60,519 nucleotides of DNA from Tubiluchus corallicola. Taxonomy: Eukaryota > Animalia > Priapulida. The translations under genes were made by a program, and so were the position numbers. The DNA is taken from NCBI GenBank assembly GCA_030141605.1, contig JAQGDQ010000549.1, positions 1-60,519 of the forward strand, in the 5' to 3' direction. Shown here one piece after another: positions 11,795-25,722 of the stretch. Position 1 is the stretch's first letter. Every line of letters starts with the position of its first letter. The notes under the pieces are model-generated. The model saw only the letters and a list, made by a program, of their open reading frames with translations. It did not search any database and was not told where the DNA came from.

Positions 11795-12465
11795 AGTTCA
11801 GTATATCACCTATTACGCGTAGAGCCCTGTGACTTGTTTGTTTTGCCTCAAGCCCTATTCTAAATATCTATGGTTCTATTGAAAGACGAAATTAGTTGCA
11901 GCATGGGCTTATGAGAATATGGTCTGCAGTTAAAGGAAGACAGGATAAAAAGTTCGAAGTGCGTTGGATTTGAACTTGCATAGATTAAGCTTCTAATGAA
12001 AAGGGCTCTCTGCCTCTGCTGGTAGATTGATGTCTTTTGAACAAGTTTATTAAATTTTATTTTACTAATAGCTAATAACCAGTCAAACTTTGTCAGATGC
12101 TTTCACAACTAGCACTTTAAGACAGTTAAGTGAAATTTTCCTGCGTTTTAATCCTCTTAATTTTGTTTAAAAGAGTTACAACTTACAAAGATAGCGTTAA
12201 AAATCACTTGTGGTCTTTGAAGCGCAATAGCGTGAATGATTTCTCTTCAATGATTTATTCCTCTTCTTTTTTCTAATGACGACCGACCTACACTTGCTCC
12301 GCCGCCGCCGGTGTGAGTGACTAACTGTTATTATCAATCTTCCTGTAATAATTAGTATGGTTCCCCCAAAGGACCAAAGTCATTAAGTTCCTTTATTAGT
12401 TTTGCATTAGCAGGCAAGGCATTTTTGGATTAATATGTCATAGAAAAAAAAGCAAACAACTCATA

Positions 12466-12467
<2 letters not shown>

Positions 12468-12522
<55 letters not shown>

Positions 12523-12536
12523 TCTGTCTCTCTCTC

Positions 12537-12586
<50 letters not shown>

Positions 12587-12587
12587 C
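12468..12587. repeat. (CT)n microsatellite
   Basis: Directly visible. Confidence 0.95.
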
Positions 12588-13269
12588 CTACTATTTTCCC
12601 ACCGTCTCTTTTTCTTTCTGCTTAATTTCTTCTATCTCTGCCGCAAGAATAAGAGATGGGACCAGAGTGAGTGAGTGAGTGAATGAATGAATGAGAGAAA
12701 GAGAGACGACATAAAGAGAGGTATATGCCGTTTACTGAAAATGTGAAAAGGGGAAATAGGGAAAAATCCTGTTGCAGAAACGTCTACAAAATGACGCCAC
12801 ATGTTATTCTGAATTTCCGAGCTGCTCTTTACATAAAATCTAGGCGTGTTTCTCCTTGAGTGGCACTCGACTATAATATGGCTTCTCAGCATGATCCCAT
12901 ATAATATGGCTTCACCCTACGACATGCTTAGACATTTGGTTCCTCTATAGCTTATTATCAACGAATAAAACCCCAGAGAATTGCTGATTACACACTCCTA
13001 GTTAACCTAATAACTGTCCACCATTGCCTGTTAATGTGTTTAATAAATAAACCCCCTGACGCACGTCTTATTCGTGATCTAGGGATTGCTCGAGACACTC
13101 GTCCGTATGTTAGATGTTTCGTACAAACAGCCACTGTTTGCTTAGGATCTGTCAATAATGGATTAACAGACATAATCCTTGGCTACTGCTGTAAATTTGT
13201 CAGTAATCTTCATTAAATGATACGTATTGCAATTCAGTATAGGTTAACCCTGAATCCTAATGTTCCTGC

Positions 13270-14048
13270 CTAAAATTCCTACATTAGACATGAGTAGAAA
13301 ATGGCCGTTAGAAAATATTAATGTACGAATATTTAAGAATGATGCATTTCATATCAGATAGAAACTACTGGAAGCGTTTAGTACGTAATATAAAGTCATG
13401 TATACATTGGAATATTTTACAGTTAGCAACATAGTTAAATTCATCTTTTCCGAATAATAACAACTTCAACTGATCATTAGTTCCTAAAGCAGCTATATTA
13501 AGGTTTTCAGGCAGAAGCATTGCACTTAGCTTATCAAACATAACAACCCTAGTTTGTTGATACAATGGGCAGTGCAACAAAAAGTGTTCAACAGACTCAA
13601 ATCGAAATCCACAGTTACAATTCGGCAATATTGGATGATCGTTATTATCTTTACAGCCTTTAGAGAAAAGGTCATAGTTTAGCTGAGAAAATCCGATTCT
13701 CATGCGCGTATGATGCACTGAAATTGGAGGTTTAACAAAACTATGAAATGTTAACTGTAAAATATTCCAATGCATACATGAGTTTATATTACGTACTAAA
13801 CACTTCCAGTAGTTTCTATCTGATATGATATGCATCAGTCTTAAATATTAGTATATTAATATTTTCTAACCATCATTTTCTACTAATGTCTAATGTAATC
13901 TTGTAGTAAAACTTGTCAGCTTGTGTAGTTATAGTCTATTCTTACTGTAAATGTTTTTGTAAATAGTGTATAAAGTCTGTTGTGGTGCGGATCCTAAATC
14001 ATGTTGTTCAAACTGTCTGCCCCAATCCTATAATAAATTGTGTTTTAA
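13270..14048. mobile_element. CR1-group LINE insertion with a 5' inversion-duplication
   Basis: Minus segment about 13280-13743 joined to plus segment about 13751-14048; 13-bp direct repeat CTAATGTTCCTGC at 13257-13269 and 14049-14061. Confidence 0.8.
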
Positions 14049-15045
14049 CTAATGTTCCTGCGTTGGTAATTTTGCACTGATACGTTTGCTTCCAATCGCC
14101 TAATGTCTTATCTAAACTTTCGTTGACTGATGATCTTAATGTACCATATATGGCAAATAAACATGGTACTTATTTACTTGCATTAGTAATTTACTTACTC
14201 ATTTATATATGTGTACCTTTCACTGGATATCTCTCTTGCTTGTAATTTAAAGGGCAAAGGTACCTTTTTCGTCACGTTAATTATCGGTTTATTTATTCAT
14301 ACATTGAGTGTGTGGTAAATAAAAAAGATACAATAGAAAGTAGAACACTAGGAAAACCAAATTTGTAGTGCTGTATGTACCGTAGTAAGATATATATTAT
14401 TAATAAATTTTGCTCCGTTGGGTCGCCTGGCACTTTATTTTAATTTTCAAAAAGGTTTATTCACTGTGTTTTATTTTACTTTTGGTTTTGTTAATAAAAT
14501 AAAATAAAATCTTTTATCGCCAAAGCACAAAGCGTATTAGACTAATGCCAGGCAACTCCTATGGAGCCAAATTTGTCTAAAATAAACATTTAATTTACTA
14601 TAATTTCACAGTTTGTCATAACAAAAAGATATAAATGGTTTATTAACATGGTTTATGGTAAAGGGTTAACATTGGTCACGTTGTCTTAATACTAATTAAG
14701 TTGTGTGCCCTAATCAAGCTTTAATTAGTTGTTTGGACCCGCTGTACCAACACTTCATGTTTATTTATGCACGGATGAGGATAGCTTGGACAGATGCTGA
14801 GTTGTTTGTCTATCTGTCCATTCGCATTTGTGACCCAGAAACTGCAGCTTATTCCGTGCTGTATTCCCGCTCACGTGGTGCTGACATTGTTTTGCCAATT
14901 GACTAATCATTGATTGATTATAATTTTATTTCAGACAAGACAGTCCACATCGAATACCCTATACAATGCATAAAATCCGTGAAATTAAAATAGCCTTAAC
15001 TAAAATCTAATTACTAAAAATAATGATTAAATTAATTGCACACAA

Positions 15046-15737
<692 letters not shown>

Positions 15738-15884
15738 TTGTCAATAAACTTTACATTAATACACGATCAATAAACTTATTAAATGTAATTCCTAAATTCG
15801 TGTAATGAAATCGTTCAGTCTATGGGAAAGAAGTGACCTCCATTTCGCATGCAGAATAGAATGATATATATATATCAGACAAGG

Positions 15885-15940
15885 GGAGAGACAGGAAGAG
15901 AGAGGGGGAGGAAGACAGTGAGAAAGAGAGAGAGTGAGAG

Positions 15941-15979
<39 letters not shown>

Positions 15980-15985
15980 AGAGAA

Positions 15986-16030
<45 letters not shown>

Positions 16031-16212
16031 GAGGAGAGGCAGAGAGAGAGAGGAGGGAGAGAAAGAGATTGGAAGGGAGAGAGAGAGCCAGAAAGAGAAA
16101 GAGAGAGAGAGGTGGGAAGGAGAGAAAGAGACAGAGGGAGAGAGAAAAGAGAGAGAGAGATAAAGTGAGCGAGAAAGACAGAGCGAGAGAGAGGTTAAGA
16201 GGGAGAGAGAGG
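15885..16212. repeat. Degenerate (GA)n purine tract
   Basis: Directly visible. Confidence 0.9.
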
Positions 16213-16517
16213 GCAAGTCACTTAGGTCAACCTGTCAAACTGTCAATCTCAACCTCCGTTTCCCGAGGTTCAATTTATCGTGGTCACAGACTCCTGTACC
16301 ATAACTGTCTTAGCTACAATTACCTCTCATTATGAGATGAAACAAGCTCCATACACTGGACAATGAGATGGGGCTTTGCCCCGTGTCCACTTCCGCTAAA
16401 CGGTTTTGATCCGTGAGGTCACAATGGCGAAAACGCCCCTCATGACCGTCGCAGCATCCGTCACCTATGATCACTGGTAACGTCAGAACTCATAACTGTA
16501 ATCAGTACCTTCATTAA

Positions 16518-17126
16518 CCCTTATAGGGTCACGATTTTTACAACCGATTTTGGTAACTGGGGGTAAAAAAATTACCCCCACCATAATTCGTCAATTACTT
16601 TTAATAAACGTGTTTCATTAGTAAACAGCAACAGCATAATTTGTAGTTATGCTGACCACCATAGACACATTATACCTCTGTTTAAAGACACGTGACTTAC
16701 TAGTAATACGAAATTTAAATTCGCTTAGTTACGTTCCCTTATCTATGCTGGAATAACTGTAGACAATCGACATTACTAGCGCGTGTGCAAAAATCATTGT
16801 TATTTTGAATTTATTGTCTACTACTTTCTTCTTTTAGGTGGAGTAATTTGAGTAACTGACATTTTGTTTTATCAGATACATCGCCCGTATAATGTATAGA
16901 CAAGCGAAGTAAAGTTTCGACAATTTTAAAAAATCGACATATTGCATTTTCACTTTTATTTCGTGGTGAGACAATGCGCCTAAAATAAATAACTGAAAGT
17001 ATTTTGTGCACAAAACATATTTAGAAAAAGTCATAGAAAACGTTTACTGGGATGCGTATGGTAAAAGGGTAAAATGCAAAAACTGGTCTGGGGGTAATTT
17101 TTACCCCCCCGGTGGCCCTTTAAGGG
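16518..17126. mobile_element. piggyBac-type MITE, 609 bp
   Basis: TTAA|CCCT...AGGG|TTAA; TIRs CCCTTATAGGGTCAC / CCCTTAAAGGGCCAC (13/15); subterminal palindromes GGGGGTAA..TTACCCCC at both ends. Confidence 0.85.
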
Positions 17127-17503
17127 TTAACTCGAGTTACATGCTGCACATTCACTAGTCAAACTGTCCCATTTTATTAATTATTGAGGCGAAAGAGGAA
17201 ACTCTTGCAAATGGTGGGCGGTTTTGGAAAATTAAGGGTTGATGATGGAAATCTAAACTGTCGCCATTGTTACATCTGTAGGGTTAATTGGAGGTGCGCT
17301 CTCTTGGGAGGGTGTGGCGCACGTTGAGCAGGTGATAGTCAGGTGTAGAAGTCAGTTTATCCTCAGTGCTTGCTTACCTGTCCGTTCGATTACATGCATT
17401 ACCTGTAATTTATGCACATTCTCAGCATGTGGTGTTATCAGATGTTTCACCGATTCTTTGTTTATAGATACGCAGATAATGCAAAGCATTTTAATTATAA
17501 ACA

Positions 17504-18146
17504 ATATATATATAATTATAATAATCTTTATTTGCCCTTAAAATACATTGATAATCACTGATAAAAACGTTACAGAGATGATCAATCAGTGTTGGTTAAT
17601 AAAAACTTACACTGCTAAAGGCAAATGCGTCAGTGCAATCTAAACTACTGTGCAGTAATGGAAAGTAACGACGAATAAAATCAATCATATTTACAACTAT
17701 GCATAAAAAATGAAAAAACTATGACTTAATTAATATGGCCGTGGATATATAAATTCTGAATTAGTGTGTATGTTGTCGTACTGGTGTGATGGTATTTCAT
17801 ATCTAGTTAATGTTAGTGATTTTAATTTTGTTTTAAATGCTGATAGGGACTTGATTTGTTTAACCTGTAATGGTAGAGAATTCCAAAGTAGAATTGCTAG
17901 TTTGATTACAGAGTTCGTTACGTAGTGGGTATTTGTCCTAATTTGTTTTAGATTACTTGTTCTGGAATTAACGATAGGATTTGGTAAAAGGGTAAATCTG
18001 TTATTCTGGAATGGTTTGCTGATGTTGTTAACGTATTTAAATATAAAAAGCAGAGTAAAATATTCTTTGTGTGCTTCTATGATTGGGAATTTTAAAGTTT
18101 TTCTCAGGTTAGTTGTTGAAGCTTTGAATTTTTGTCTACCTGCCTT
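17504..18146 (-). mobile_element. L2/CR1-group LINE 3' fragment (FIYPRP family, subfamily A)
   Basis: Manual translation gives ...LLWNSLPLQVKQIKSLSAFKTKLK...EFIYPRPY*; ends AATAAAG(TA)n; second copy at 25159-25722. Confidence 0.8.
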
Positions 18147-18705
18147 ATGTTTGTATGAGGCGTACTGTACTTGACGTAATTAACATCGGGATTAATGTTT
18201 GGAGCCAAAATGCTAAAAAAGGACAGATTAAACGATTTATCTAAAGGTTGGAATCGAACCTGGCACCTTTCGTTACTAGTGTAACATCTAAGTCATCAGT
18301 CAGTGTACTCTCCTTATTTTTTAAAATTTGTATTTTTCGTAGTCGAAAAACTCGACTTGTATTTCAAAATTCGATTCAGATTCAGATTTTGTTACATTTT
18401 TACTACTTATTTGCGATTTTGGTTGAATTTGGTTTTAAATATTGAAATTTAGAACCATAAAGCTTGAAATTTGGTGACATTTTTGCTAAATAATTGTGAT
18501 TAACGAGACTTGATTTTCGTAAAATTTCATTTCCAATTGCGTGTTGACAAAATGCTGTTTTATCGATCATATCAATCTCACTGTCTTGTATTTTTTCTAA
18601 TATTCTGATTTTATTAAACTTATTTTTTCAGTAATTGAATCACAGAAATTGGGAAATGTCTACAGAAAGTTTTTAGACGTACTAGACATACTTGTCATTT
18701 CAATG

Positions 18706-18742
<37 letters not shown>

Positions 18743-19027
18743 GTGTAATTATAATATAATAATAATGGTATAATAATAATAATATATATAATACATATAT
18801 ATATATATATATACAAATGTTAACAAGTAACGTATACATATATATATATATATATACGTTACTTGTTAACAAACTATATACGGTCAGATAGAGAATTTCA
18901 CAGGCATTCTAACCGTGTAATACACGACTAAAGTACTGCGTTCGTAATAGCGGTTGAAAGTACGAATCCATGTTTGTGGAATCCGGAGGAAGTATCGTTG
19001 CAACTACGGCTATTTTACAACTAGGGT

Positions 19028-19289
19028 ATAATAATATAATATAATATAATATAATATAATATAATATAATATAATATAATATAATATAATATAATATAAT
19101 ATAATATAATATAATATAATATAATATAATATAATATAATATAATATAATATAATATAATATAATATAATATAATATAATATAATATAATATAATATAAT
19201 ATAATATAATATAATATAATATAATATAATATAATATAATATAATATAATATAATATAATATAATATAATATAATATAATATAATATAT
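19028..19289. repeat. Pure (ATAAT)n pentanucleotide microsatellite
   Basis: Directly visible. Confidence 0.97.
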
Positions 19290-19954
19290 TCTAATTATAA
19301 TGGTTTAAATATTGGGTATGCAAAATATTTACCAAAAATTCTCTCAGTTTCACGCTAAGGTCCACCGATAATACACAAAGGTTAATTAGGAGGGGCTCTG
19401 CGACTCCCTGACCCATGCACGCAGAAAAATTCTTGTAAACGGGATACAACAATCCGCGGTACTTTTGGGAGCCTAATGTGGCAGAAAGAAAAAGGGCATC
19501 AGCGCGCCTCCTTGTTTGATACCGACAATGTCTGGCTTTTGCTTTCTGTTTGTCGAGCACGATTCCGCCGGCAGATGTTGGCTTGATTCGCCTGAGAATA
19601 ATGAAAATTCGTCTCGGCAAATAACAATAGTTTCACTAGGGCTAAATGTTCCAAGTTGAGAAAACAGTGAAATGTAACAATATTGTGATTGTTGTAATGG
19701 TTTTGATATTTTTCTGTTCGTCCAAAATCCAGCTGTTAATAGCTCCCCTTGTTTAGTTTTCTGTTAGTTATATAGTTTTCTCAATATGCTTTGCAAACGT
19801 AAACAAATTATCAATCATAGTTTTACAGTAGGCTTATTTAGCTTCAGGGTTTGGGGAATAATATTGTAAAGCATTTTGGCTTTGTTGGGGGTAAGCCTAT
19901 CAAGAACTAGAAAACACCTAGTTTTACAATTTGTGATGTTGAAGAATTGTATTA

Positions 19955-20447
19955 ATTATTATTATTATTATTATTCTTTATTTAAAATTTAAAATTATAC
20001 CCATATACAAATATTTACATAATATACACAGTGACCCTCTATTTGCAGGGTATGGTTAAAAAACTTTGTAAATAAAATAGCTGTTAAATTCATAAGACTT
20101 TTATATACCAATAAATCACACCTCAAAATAACATAAAAGAACAACTAAAATCAAACAGCATCAGTTTACACAAAACGACCTGTATAATATAAAAGTGAAA
20201 CAGAAAAATTAGATGTCTATAGATTTGTTCTGTTACTCAAAGTTCAATATTCTATACTGAAGTTTGTAAAAACGAATCACAAACTAACTCAGAGAAAGCA
20301 ACTAGCAGGTTTTTGGCACGAGAGGTATAAATTTTACTAATATTCTGAGATTGTAGGACATTTGCGAGCGCTAATCTTTTATTTTCATCGACCAGAGTAC
20401 AATTAAAAAGCAAATGTTCAACTATTAATTTGTGGGCTACCCCCACT
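19955..20447 (-). mobile_element. (TAA)n-tailed LINE 3' fragment (I-group-like)
   Basis: ORF 20252-20446 has EHLLFNCTL...IYTSR..NLLVAFSELV, paralleling about 52840-53000; 3' UTR carries CCCTGCAAATAGAGGG and a (TAA)n tail. Confidence 0.65.
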
Positions 20448-20969
20448 TGATATTATGTTTAAGGGAATAACCGTAAAATTTATGCTAAAATCTCTAGCAA
20501 TGTCGGATTCAGATTTAGTCAAAAGTCATATAATAGAGATTAGTCGTGATCCCACAATCGGTCATAGACATTTCATTCGAGAATTGTATTAAAATGAGTA
20601 ATACATTGGTGGAACTCTAGTTGTCAGTTTATGAAATGTTCTATACTAAGCAGTAGTGAAGATTAATTGATTATTAAAAAACTCAATAGGTAAGTACACA
20701 AAAAAGTTTAATTACTAAATTCTGGAATAAGAAAACGGAAAAACTGTATGACTGCCACTACTTAAAATATTGAGTTTCAAAAAAGGCACCAGCGCTTAAA
20801 GTGAAAATCAGTTTGATTATGCAGCATATATGACACTATTCTTGCTATTTGCTTTTTTAAGCTTAGGATTCTTTATCTTTTCTTCACAAAAATTGACATG
20901 ACACAATGTACAAAAAAACTTTGGAGAAGCACTTCATCAAGGTCTCGGAGAAACTGTTATAGCTCTTCC

Positions 20970-21530
20970 GAATTTTACCTGTGCCATTTTACCGAGGAAT
21001 TTTTACCTGTGCCATTTTTACCTGTGCGATTTTGCCTACCAAGGTGTGCAGATAGATAGGTACAGATCTTTTTTGACTGCCTTTCTCGCAAATTTTACCT
21101 GTGCCATTTTACCAAGCCAATTTTACCTGTGCCATTTTTTCCTGTGACATTCTGCCTACGTAGGTGTGCAGATAGAGATAGGTACAGATATGTGTTGATT
21201 ACTTTTCACGCTAATTTTACCCAAACAATTTTACCTGGGCCATTTTACCTGTGCCATTTGGCCTACGTACGCGTACAGATATTTGTTGACTGAGCCATTT
21301 TTACCTGTGCCATTTTACCGAGCCATTTTTACCTATGCCATTTTTTCCTGTGCCATTCTGCCTACATAGGTGTGCAGATAGAAAGGTACAGAAATTTGAT
21401 GATTACCTTTCACGCTAATTTTACCCAAAGAATTTTACCTGTGCCATTTGGCCTACGTACGCGTACAGATATTTGTTGACTGAGCCATTTTTACCTGCCC
21501 CATTTTTTCTGTGCCATTTTCACCTGCCAA
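20970..21530. repeat. Array of ATTTTACCTGTGCC units with about 120-bp higher-order periodicity
   Basis: More than 15 related 14-15-mers; higher-order blocks start near 20971, 21092 and 21297; resembles DNA-transposon subterminal repeats. Confidence 0.8.
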
Positions 21531-22294
21531 AAACTACCGTGTTTTTTAGGAGATGAAATGATTCAAATTTTGTAAAAAAAATTATATAAAAACATTTGTA
21601 ATTTTTTGATTACAGTAACTGCTTTTGTCCCGAATGCTAAATTCCGGGACATCTTCCATTTTCTGGCTGTACTGTTTTTACTTGTATATTCACACAATGT
21701 CAGCACCCATTCCGACCCATAACATTTCATTACTTAGGATGCTAGGACCTAAGTCTTTATCTGTCTAAGGTCTGTAGACATGACTAAATCTTCCAATGGG
21801 TTCAGGAGTCAAACTATAAGTATCCTTAACGCGTACCACCACCACCCTACGGAGAATGTCCCAGAATTCCTTTCTAGGTCCTTGTTTAGAATGTAAACAA
21901 CGCAGAAAGGGGTGCGAAGTAATTCATCTGTCTTTTAAGCCTCTCTCAAAATTCCCCGTTGCCGACAAAGGGCCGGCGTCATTGTTGCCAGGGCTTTTGC
22001 AACGTATCTTCACGTCGATGCCTTTGTGAAGATGTTTGGCCATGTTCTAAGTCTATTCAATTTAATGTATTTCTAAACACCATTGTTCATTTAGCGTGGA
22101 GCGACCACGTTCCCTGCAGTTGCATAGTTAAACTTTGTTTAGTTTATGTGACCATGGAACTAAAACTTCAAAATGATGGACCGGTGGCTGATATATGGAG
22201 ATCTCAATGTTCTTGCTGTCAGTATATGTAGTGTATCTACTTCTTACGGAAACTTTAATCTGAAGAAAAATTCTTGTTACTTGTCTGACTACTT

Positions 22295-22730
22295 AATTAG
22301 GTAGTTATTTGGTTAGTTAGTCAGTCAGTCAGTCAGTCAGTCAGTCAGTCAGTCAGTCAGTCAGTAAGTTAGTTAGTTAATTAGTTAGTTAGTTGCTTAC
22401 TTTCTTGCTTGCTTGCTTGTTTGCTTACTTACTTACACACTTACTTTCTTGCTTACTCCCTTGGTTGCTTAATTATTCACTTACTTATATACTTGCTCAC
22501 TCACTTACTCACTCACCTACCTCTCTACCTACCTACCTACTTACCTACCTACCTACCTACCTACCTACCTACCTACCTACCTACCTACTTACATAACTAC
22601 TTACCTGCCTACGTATTTACCTACCTACCTACCTACTTTCCTACCTACCTATCTACTTACATAACTACTTACCTACCTACCTCTTCTACGTACCTACCTA
22701 TCTACTACGTACATACATACCTACTTGCTT
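22295..22730. repeat. Compound tetranucleotide microsatellite (CAGT/TTAG/CTTA/CTAC)n
   Basis: Directly visible. Confidence 0.9.
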
Positions 22731-23289
22731 ACGTGGTATCGTTTTATCAAAATAAAGAAGAATTAGATTAAACTGAAAATGCATAATGCATAATGCGTAG
22801 TGGTCGTGGGCGTTTACTTTTGAAAAATGATAATATGACGTACACAAAGTGATGATTTTAGATAAAAATGTTGCTAACTTTCTGTATAATTAAACAATTG
22901 TGTATAGTGTTCGTGACTGCATCAGTTTCCAACGAAATATTTACTTAATTCATCTTCACGCGCGGTGCTTTGTTCGTTTCACGCTGAATCTAATAAAACC
23001 TCTCTCTCTTTGCTTCGGGCTTTGATGAATCATCTCATTAGTGTCTTGTCCAAATACTTGACCGACCATCTTTCGGACACCGCGCCTTCTCTCTCCCATG
23101 TATCCATGCAGCCATCTTTGTTCGATAGCCTAGCTACACGAGATCCAGGCAGTCCACTTACCATCAGCAAAAACACTTCAACTGACATGTGAATGACGTT
23201 GCAAGAGATGGAGTGGAGGACATGAAGGGGCCAGAGCTGAAGGAGCAAAAACCAATTTCCTCACGCGGATTTGTGGAACCCGGTTCAGG

Positions 23290-23480
23290 CCATGCTGTCG
23301 TATCGAATTATCATACACACGAGTTTATCTGCTTATCTGGTAGGAAATGACATCGAAGACGAATTACACTTTGTCAGAAAACGCCCATACTGCAATGATC
23401 TTAGAGAAAACTTATATAATCACATCAATGTAATTATTCCAGAATTTTTCCTTATGAGCGGATTAGAAAAATGTAACTGA
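23290..23480 (+). mobile_element. Degenerate RTE-X-like LINE C-terminal fragment
   Basis: Translation IEDELHFV...PYCNDLRENLY resembles the IEDExHF..CxxYxxLR motif of such ORF2 ends. Confidence 0.45.
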
Positions 23481-23824
23481 GAAATGTGCAAAAAACTGCA
23501 TGTAAACCATAAAGCTAGTTTACACTATACATAGAATTGAATAGAAATTTTCATCCGCCATTCACTTGACAATGATGACGTAGTTGGTGGACTTCGTGAC
23601 TTTTCGTAAGCACTTCGCAGCTTTCTTTAAGTGAGTCATTTCGTTCATATTTCTGCAGCAAAAATAGCACCTCATTTTTTACAAAAACTTATAGTTTTGA
23701 CCGAAATTTTCAGTGCGCTGCTTTTCTTAAATAATTATTGGTGAATGACGTCATTGGTGGAAGATTTGGCGTTCAAAATGGAGGCAACCAAGTGTAAAAT
23801 GATCGCGACTTTAAAGTGATTTTA

Positions 23825-24060
23825 CTCTTCTTTTCAGGTGTCCATACCATCACAATGTTGCGAGGCTTCCACTACTTTTACTGTTCCTCTGATATTATTA
23901 TTTCTAATTTTCTGTTATTCCCATCATTCATCTCAACATCCTCATCTCCACCACATCCATTTACTTCTCTTCGGTCTTCTTTAGAGAAGCTGCTTCCAGC
24001 CCATAGATTAGAGCGGGTCTGACCACTTCTTTGTGGACTTTCCCTTTAAGTCTCACCGAC
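23825..24060 (-). mobile_element. Degenerate RTE (Expander/Rex3-like) LINE fragment
   Basis: Manual minus-strand translation gives RLKGKVHKEVVRPALIYGLE...EMRMLR...KIRNNNIRGTVKV...WYGHL, with a stop and frameshifts. Confidence 0.75.
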
Positions 24061-25158
24061 TCATTCCCTTGGCTTATCATATCGTTACCTGACTAATATG
24101 CGTATTCCTCTTTTTCTGCAGGTCCCGCGCTGTCAAATGGTGTAGTGGATAATGCACCCGCTTGGCAATTTGAAGGTTTCAGTTGCAGGTTAGCTAGCCT
24201 GACTAATTGATCCCTTTCTTTATAGATCATTTTCTGCTTTTACACCTGGACCTTTTTTCTTTTTTGGGAGTATACACCTGTCTTGATGATGCTGATGAAT
24301 AGCACGGCTTACCTGAGTCAGCAGTAGCTGTTTCCCCATTTAGAAATGAATCCAATGGTTCTCCTGTCGCTTAGCGAGCTTTAGAATATATTAATTTGCG
24401 AATTCGTCGGATAGATGGCGCCTCAGGTTATTTTGTTTACGGCTGCACATTGTTCGTTGTCACGCAGGTGCCGTGAAACGCATTAGCGTCGATTTTGTTG
24501 TTGTTACAAAAGCGCTTATAATTGAAGCTGTTAACAGGCATGGTTTTGTTATTGTGCCATACTAGGAATTGAAGACATTCGTGCCAAAAGTTTGTTTTGG
24601 CTTTTCGTGATAGTAAACGCGTTTTATATCAAGTTAATTTATTATGAACAAATTACAATTCAGATCAATAATTATACGAATCAAGTGTTGGTATAACAAC
24701 AGATAAGTTACTCAAAGAAGGAATATACGTTCGATTTCCCTTTAGATAAAAAATTGACGTCTTATTTATGTATGTTTTAGTGTATGACGATGATAAATCT
24801 TTATTTGCACAAAATATAAATGCAAGACCTCTATTTCGGTCTAAGTATTTGGAAATACATAAAAAATTGACATCTTATTTATGTATGATTTGGGGTATGA
24901 TGATGATAAGTCTTTATCTGCGGTACCAGCTCCCCCCCCCCCTATTTCCTAGCCCACAGTAGATATAGTACAAGGGTAGGTTAGCTGTGCTTATAATAGT
25001 GACGTTTATATACTAGTAGCCTAAGTTCTTACATTGGTATGTCATCTGCATGATTTGTTTTACGTTATTAACCCCTGTGTCAGGTGTAGTACTACAAGAT
25101 TTGTCTAGTGAACGAAAGAATAGCTTAACCCAGAGTTTTGAAGATTGAGGACTTCCAT

Positions 25159-25722
25159 TATATATATATATATATAATCTTTTTTGCCATTAAAATACAT
25201 TGATAATCACTGATAAAAACTTTACAGAGATGATCAATCAGTGTTAGTTAATAAAAACTTACACTGCTGAAGGCAAATGCGTCAGTGCAATCTAAACTAC
25301 TGTGCAGTAATGGAAAGTAACGACGAATAAAATCGTATTTACTACTATGCACAAAAAAAATGAAAAACTATGATTTCATTAATATGGCTGTGGATGTATG
25401 AATTCTGAATTAGTGTGTATGTTGTCGTACTGGTGTGATGGTATTTCATATCTGGTTAATATTAGTGATTTTAATTTTGTTTCAAATGCTGATAGGGACT
25501 TGATTTGTTTAACCTGTAATGGTAGAGAATTGCTTGTTTGATTACAGACTTTTCCATAGTGGGTATTTGTTCTAATTTGTTTTAGATTGCTTGTTCTGGA
25601 AGTAACGATAGGATTTGGAAAAAGGAAAATCTGTTATTCTGGAATGGTTTGCTGATGTTGTTAATGTATTTAAATATAAAAAGCAGAGTAAAATATTCTT
25701 TGTGTGCTTCAATGATTGGAAA
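25159..25722 (-). mobile_element. L2/CR1-group LINE 3' fragment (FIYPRP family, subfamily A), copy 2
   Basis: Colinear with 17504-18090; (TA)n tail. Confidence 0.8.

Noticed and set aside
24132-24200. tRNA gene (A-box TGGTGTAGTGG)
   Set aside because: No intact B-box or cloverleaf; at most a decayed tRNA-derived SINE head, like the isolated B-box-like strings near 11965, 18245, 36258 and 53635
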